Notes under the pieces: generated by a model
The model's input: only the letters and a program-made list of their open reading frames with translations
Database searches by the model: none
Told to the model about the DNA's origin: nothing
Part shown: positions 61,001-64,000 of the stretch, one piece after another
Layout of the letters: the number at the start of each line of letters is the position of its first letter
Position numbering within the stretch: the first letter of the stretch is position 1
Made by a program: the position numbers and the translations under genes
IMG/VR virus record: IMGVR_UViG_3300025580_000012
Span: 7,475-71,474 of that record
Reading direction: 5' to 3' (one strand)
Length of the DNA: 64,000 bases
DNA from: a virus
Lineage: Duplodnaviria > Caudoviricetes

Positions 61001-61142
61001 GCTGGGGCCGACCGCCGGTTTCGGGGTCGGGACCGGCATCGAGCTGTTCATCGATGGCGACTCCAGCAACGACTTCGCCGACGTGGTGGTCGGGACGCCC
61101 GCCACCTACAACGGATCGACCGTCATTCGAGACACCCAGTAA
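58074..61142 (+). CDS. Fibre/spike protein with shared N-terminal domain and two tandem beta-helix (pectin-lyase-like) modules
   Basis: VYCSLAGND..GTG..APYRTLQ.AV and IYVNGATGSD..DGT..PVATVQHA module starts; Gly/Val/Ile beta-helix texture. Confidence 0.75.
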   Translation: MKVLLRNVSNRTLSIDITITPGMGPGARYIRASLTPQQVIDIGDAIELDELNRNADIRALRNSGLVTITTIREPGDAVDSIVPQVGDTDGSGIVHVYCSLAGNDTTGTGESTAPYRTLQLAVDRVIEWLLYGSTGDIVLHAGAGTFAEALTFSVPRLAHRVVIEGDRAGMTVLASGTTTAASTTLITDAGASFGVAQELSCYPAAVWDPADEAGTKQWTTVRWHNGTAWEPAIPFLGGSPMVGWRYAVYRPVTRVAPASDLHPALRLNLPTSFNAFSGAALGVGGAGVIFRWIEFERDAPISNPYEPVVLVAGGPAQFQGCVVRGAALGMNIAAGDVAMSGVYSWEEADPLFGLPAPFNFNEYGCGCGFIVNAGGYMGVYSQQSTLAATFVIRSTTHGCWVEGGFAQVGGAIHNGDINASWGAVVRIYPLYTHPMRISDDHQGCITADSDGIVEVFSAILESVSRSGIQSFNNAIINIFDLVTVGPGGIGRWGIDCRDGGRVNISEETMASPFSGTLGGIAVDGNDHTWADVLARSPLVGSRSGATVSHAVDVEETPPYAEFPVDANGIHRIYVNGATGSDLNDGTSTRPVATVQHACSRVEAFLRAGPPDRDIVVHIANGHYTGLTDFRPPVPPRRRVVFMGDDTAMTVTESGTVTAGSTYTLQDNTQAWTVNQWAGQWCRVKTAGGTELALVQIRSNTADTLTYTSELSFPTVAAMTYDVVVPAVLIDGFRAVLPWVGSNGGGQFTSIDSRQPQLDLAYIQFGPWPGTFPNPDYVFYGLEIKGGATLMTACRVRHGTPARMIIEAGQLSFGGQAPVVDDPVYGITGNDWDARYYAGVWLDKVSVFTSSMRPGSGVFATSVVAHDGGFYMYNGFFEWLGGGALYGASSVVAQDSASSLFVFQPYDPPILVSGITGTYAFRSKAHASVGIDGVELVGPFTAYALLCDQNAHLAFRNVTATGDIPIGVGCTRGSLVVLGPTAGFGVGTGIELFIDGDSSNDFADVVVGTPATYNGSTVIRDTQ

Positions 61143-61152
61143 GGAGGCGCGA

Positions 61153-61296
61153 ATGGATGCGGACCGCTGCATGATGTGCCGGCAGGAACCCCGGGTCGAG
61201 GGCAAGCCGCTCGGCGCCCAGTGCCTCGCGAGGCGCGAGGAAGCCGCTCGACTCAAGCGCGAGCAAATCGAGCGGTTAGGCCGCGAGGGTCGGTAG
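61153..61296 (+). CDS. Small zinc-binding protein
   Basis: RBS AAGGAGG; CMMC...C. Confidence 0.55.
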   Translation: MDADRCMMCRQEPRVEGKPLGAQCLARREEAARLKREQIERLGREGR

Positions 61297-61302
61297 GAGG
61301 GC

Positions 61303-61896
61303 GTGATGGGTTTCCGGGTCATTCGGTTGATCGACTTCTTGACGTTCGGGTTGGCCGCGATTGTGTCAGCCGGGTTGGCGGCGTGGGCGGCGGTTACGCC
61401 CGGTAACGCGGTGATCGGCGTCGTGATCGCGGCTCTTGCCGCCCTGGGGTTCTCGTTTGTGTATGCCGCACTGCTGGGTCGTCGGCTCGCGTTCGCCCGC
61501 GACATCGCGTACGTGACGCGCCATGGTCTCATCGTCATGAAGTCCGAGTGGACGCCGATCCGCGTGTTCGTCGAGAAGGAGACGGAACGGGTGGTGGTCC
61601 TGTGGGAGAAGGCAGCGCTCACCGAGTCCGCCAACCCCAAGATCATCCGGGGGGCCCTCCAGAATGTCGTGGTCCGGTGGGCGTCTGCCCCGTTCACCTT
61701 GCACATCCGGCCCGGGTTCAAGTGGATGGGGATGACGTCTGGGTCGGGCGAGTCGATGATGGTCGGGCATGTCGAGCCGCTCGAAAGGAGCGCGCTCGGC
61801 CACGAGATCGGGCACGTCATCCTGATGGATTGGAAGATGGATGGGACCGAGGAGACCCTCAAGTCCTACCAGGAGAAGCACGGGACCCCGTACTGA
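61303..61896 (+). CDS. Membrane-anchored zincin-like metallopeptidase
   Basis: Two N-terminal TM helices; LGHEIGHV. Confidence 0.65.
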   Translation: MMGFRVIRLIDFLTFGLAAIVSAGLAAWAAVTPGNAVIGVVIAALAALGFSFVYAALLGRRLAFARDIAYVTRHGLIVMKSEWTPIRVFVEKETERVVVLWEKAALTESANPKIIRGALQNVVVRWASAPFTLHIRPGFKWMGMTSGSGESMMVGHVEPLERSALGHEIGHVILMDWKMDGTEETLKSYQEKHGTPY

Positions 61897-61897
61897 G

Positions 61898-62188
61898 ATG
61901 GAAGCCAACGTCTTCATCTTCTGTCCGGAGTGCGCGCGGATCTCGGGCCGCTGCTTCCGCCATAGCGTGACGGTCGAGCCGACTTTCGCGTTCGTGACGC
62001 TTCCGACCGGCTGGCGGTGTCCATGCTGCCAGGCGATCCACGCGCCGAGCGTCCTGCAATGCCCCTCGTGTGGTCCCCTCTGCAACCTGTTCGGCCACAC
62101 CCAGGTGGCCGTGGTCCAACCATCTTGCCCGGCCCCAACGGCTGCCGGGTCATGCGGATGTGGGGCGTGTCCCTCCACGTCCCCATGA
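61898..62188 (+). CDS. Cys-rich small protein
   Basis: CPEC, WRCPCCQ, CPSC motifs. Confidence 0.55.
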   Translation: MEANVFIFCPECARISGRCFRHSVTVEPTFAFVTLPTGWRCPCCQAIHAPSVLQCPSCGPLCNLFGHTQVAVVQPSCPAPTAAGSCGCGACPSTSP

Positions 62189-62209
62189 GGTAGCATCGGG
62201 AGCCCAACC

Positions 62210-64000
62210 ATGTCGCTCATCATCCCAGGCGGATCAGGAGACCCCAGGCGGCAAGCCGCGCGCAACCCGTTCCGCCAGGAGGAGGTCCACGGCCTGACCG
62301 CCGACCAGATGGAGGCAATGAACCGGAAGTTCGAGGGGATGCTCCCCCAGATCGTCTCGGGCAACCCGGACGCCCAGCGGGCCGGCCTGCTCGAAGATGA
62401 CTTCCGGCGGATCGGCGCGACCCCTTCACCGTTCCGTCGGTTCGGCCAGACGGTCGCGGGCGGCACGAACTACGGGGCCGGCAACCTCGTCTCCCAGCAG
62501 ACCCCATATCAGCCGGAGTTCTCGTCGCCGGACCGCCAGCAGTACCCGGTCCACCGCATCCTCGCCAACCGGTACTGGCGCCTGTTCCACAAGATGGATC
62601 CGGTGGTTGGCAATTGCCTCGACATGTACAGCGAGATGCCGTGGTCGCCGTTCCAGTTGACCGGCGAGGGGGTCGACGGCGAGGTCAAGGAGCACTACGA
62701 GCGGATGACCGAGAAGGTCAAGCTCCTCCCCCTCCTCCCCTACATCGTCCGCGAGTTCCTGGTCGTTGGGGAAGCCATCCCCCACCTCCTGTACGACGGC
62801 GACGCGCGCATGTGGGACTACTGCACCCTCCACAACCCCGACAACATCGAGGTGATCGACGCCCCGTTCATCCGGATGGACCCGATCGTCGAGCTGGTCC
62901 CCGACCAGAAGCTCCGTGACCTCCTGTCGTCGGGCGACCCCCTCGTCCAGAAGGTCAAGGCCCAGCTCCCGCCCGAGCTGCTCGGCCGTCTGCTGTCCCG
63001 TCAGAACCTCCCGCTCGACCCGCTCAACTGCACGTTCATCCCGCGCAAGCTCCACCCGTACGAGACGCGCGGGACGTCGATCATGTCGCGGTTGTGGCGC
63101 GTCTTCATGCTGGAGGACGCCGTCTTCTCGGCGACGATCGCGACGGCCCGCCGGCACGCCGGCCCCCTCCGGATCGCCAAGATCGGCAACCCGCAGACCG
63201 GCTGGATCCCGGGCGCCGAGCACGAGAAGCGGCTCCTCGAACTGCTCGCCCAGGCGGAACTCGACCCCCTTGCCTGGATCGTCTACCACTTCGGCGTCCA
63301 GTTCGAGGCGTTCGGCACGACCGACCGGGTCATCTCGGTGGGGCGCGAGTGGGAGGTGTTGGAGCGGATCAAGCTGGTCGGGCTCGGCGTGTCCAAGTCG
63401 TTCCTGCACGGCGAGGTCACGTACGCGTCGTCGGTGACGGGCCTCCAGGTCTTCCTCCAGCGCCTCCTCGCCCTCCGCAGCTACTTCGAGATGACCTGGC
63501 TGTACCCCAAGTTCTTCCGGCCGATCGCCGAGATCAACGAGTTCGTCAAGCCCACGCAGGCGGAGCTGTCCCACCGGGTCCGCGTCCGCCGGACCGCCCA
63601 GGAGATCGACGACGATTCGAGGTACATCGTCCCCACGCTCGACTGGGACAAGAAGCTCGACCCCTACGTCGACCGCGAGTTGATCGGCGCGTACGAGGCG
63701 CTCGAACGCATCGGCGTCAAGATTTCCAAGAAGACGAAGCTGGCGGCCGTTGGCCTCAAGCACGAGGACGAGCTGCGGTCGTCCATCCAGGAGGAAGTCC
63801 TGGAGGCCCGCGAGCGCCAGAAGTACGAGGAGGCGTTGGGGCCGGCCGGCCAGGGACCGACCGGCGTCAAGCCCGGCCAACAGCCCGGCCAACCGGGCAC
63901 CCAGCAACAGCAGGCGCCCGGCCGCGGTCAGCCGGGTGGCCCTCCAGCCATCCAGCCGCCCCCCAGACCCGGCACTCAGCCGGCCGCCCTTCCCCCCCCC
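62210..64000 (+). CDS. Portal protein (5' partial; runs off the window end)
   Basis: Frame open from ATG 62210 to the end; FHKMDPVVGNCLDMYSEMP, REFLVVGEA, LHNPDNIEV, RKLHPYETRGTSIMSR, IAKIG, ERIKLVGLGVSKSFLHG; absent from the ORF track because no stop is reached. Confidence 0.82.
   Translation, partial: MSLIIPGGSGDPRRQAARNPFRQEEVHGLTADQMEAMNRKFEGMLPQIVSGNPDAQRAGLLEDDFRRIGATPSPFRRFGQTVAGGTNYGAGNLVSQQTPYQPEFSSPDRQQYPVHRILANRYWRLFHKMDPVVGNCLDMYSEMPWSPFQLTGEGVDGEVKEHYERMTEKVKLLPLLPYIVREFLVVGEAIPHLLYDGDARMWDYCTLHNPDNIEVIDAPFIRMDPIVELVPDQKLRDLLSSGDPLVQKVKAQLPPELLGRLLSRQNLPLDPLNCTFIPRKLHPYETRGTSIMSRLWRVFMLEDAVFSATIATARRHAGPLRIAKIGNPQTGWIPGAEHEKRLLELLAQAELDPLAWIVYHFGVQFEAFGTTDRVISVGREWEVLERIKLVGLGVSKSFLHGEVTYASSVTGLQVFLQRLLALRSYFEMTWLYPKFFRPIAEINEFVKPTQAELSHRVRVRRTAQEIDDDSRYIVPTLDWDKKLDPYVDRELIGAYEALERIGVKISKKTKLAAVGLKHEDELRSSIQEEVLEARERQKYEEALGPAGQGPTGVKPGQQPGQPGTQQQQAPGRGQPGGPPAIQPPPRPGTQPAALPPP

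Larger units (their letters stand above)
1..64000 (+). mobile_element. Segment of a large tailed dsDNA bacteriophage genome (replication module, then virion/packaging module)
   Basis: Terminase large subunit, portal, gp32-like SSB, SbcCD/gp46-47 pair, dNMP kinase, HNH genes; dense single-strand operon-like packing; no bacterial housekeeping context, integrase or host junction in the window. Confidence 0.95.

Noticed and set aside
1-64000. tRNA/rRNA genes and stop-codon reassignment
   Set aside because: No cloverleaf or TTCGAATC-type T-loop found in the few intergenic gaps; conserved genes are uninterrupted under code 11 and end in TGA, TAG or TAA
63992-64000. Terminal poly-C run
   Set aside because: Lies in the Pro-rich portal tail at the window edge; cannot be distinguished from Pro codons or an edge artefact

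Overview
This is a 64-kb internal segment of a large, very GC-rich tailed dsDNA phage genome (Caudoviricetes, large-myovirus/jumbo-like gene content). Essentially all credible genes lie on the + strand, with frequent ATGA/GTGA overlaps and standard stop codons. 0.1-17.9 kb is a replication/recombination/nucleotide module: family A DNA polymerase, DnaX clamp-loader subunit, UvsY-like, gp32-like SSB, RecA, ThyX, SbcD/SbcC, DEDDh exonuclease, dNMP kinase, Hjc-type resolvase, a trigger-factor homologue and GroES. 18-27 kb holds putative virion decoration/fibre proteins and accessory genes: YkgJ-type, zinc ribbon, H1-like/wHTH, MT-A70 methylase, HNH, SLOG and a lipoprotein lysozyme-like gene. 27-56 kb is a block of very large mosaic proteins, including a 2530-aa polyvalent protein, a 2H phosphoesterase split by an HNH gene, and the large terminase. 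56-64 kb has RyR-domain, membrane and beta-helix fibre genes plus the 5' part of the portal. The most striking signals are four. (1) A recurrent [RK]-x-A-Q / (LG)[IV]TA linker separates dozens of small Zn-finger or enzymatic modules in the presumed virion proteins, suggesting protease-processed polyproteins. (2) A homing endonuclease splits a 2H-polyvalent gene into two separately initiated parts. (3) A phage-encoded trigger factor sits next to GroES. (4) One N-terminal anchoring domain is shared by several decoration/fibre proteins. All family calls come from motif recognition by eye; no database searches were run.
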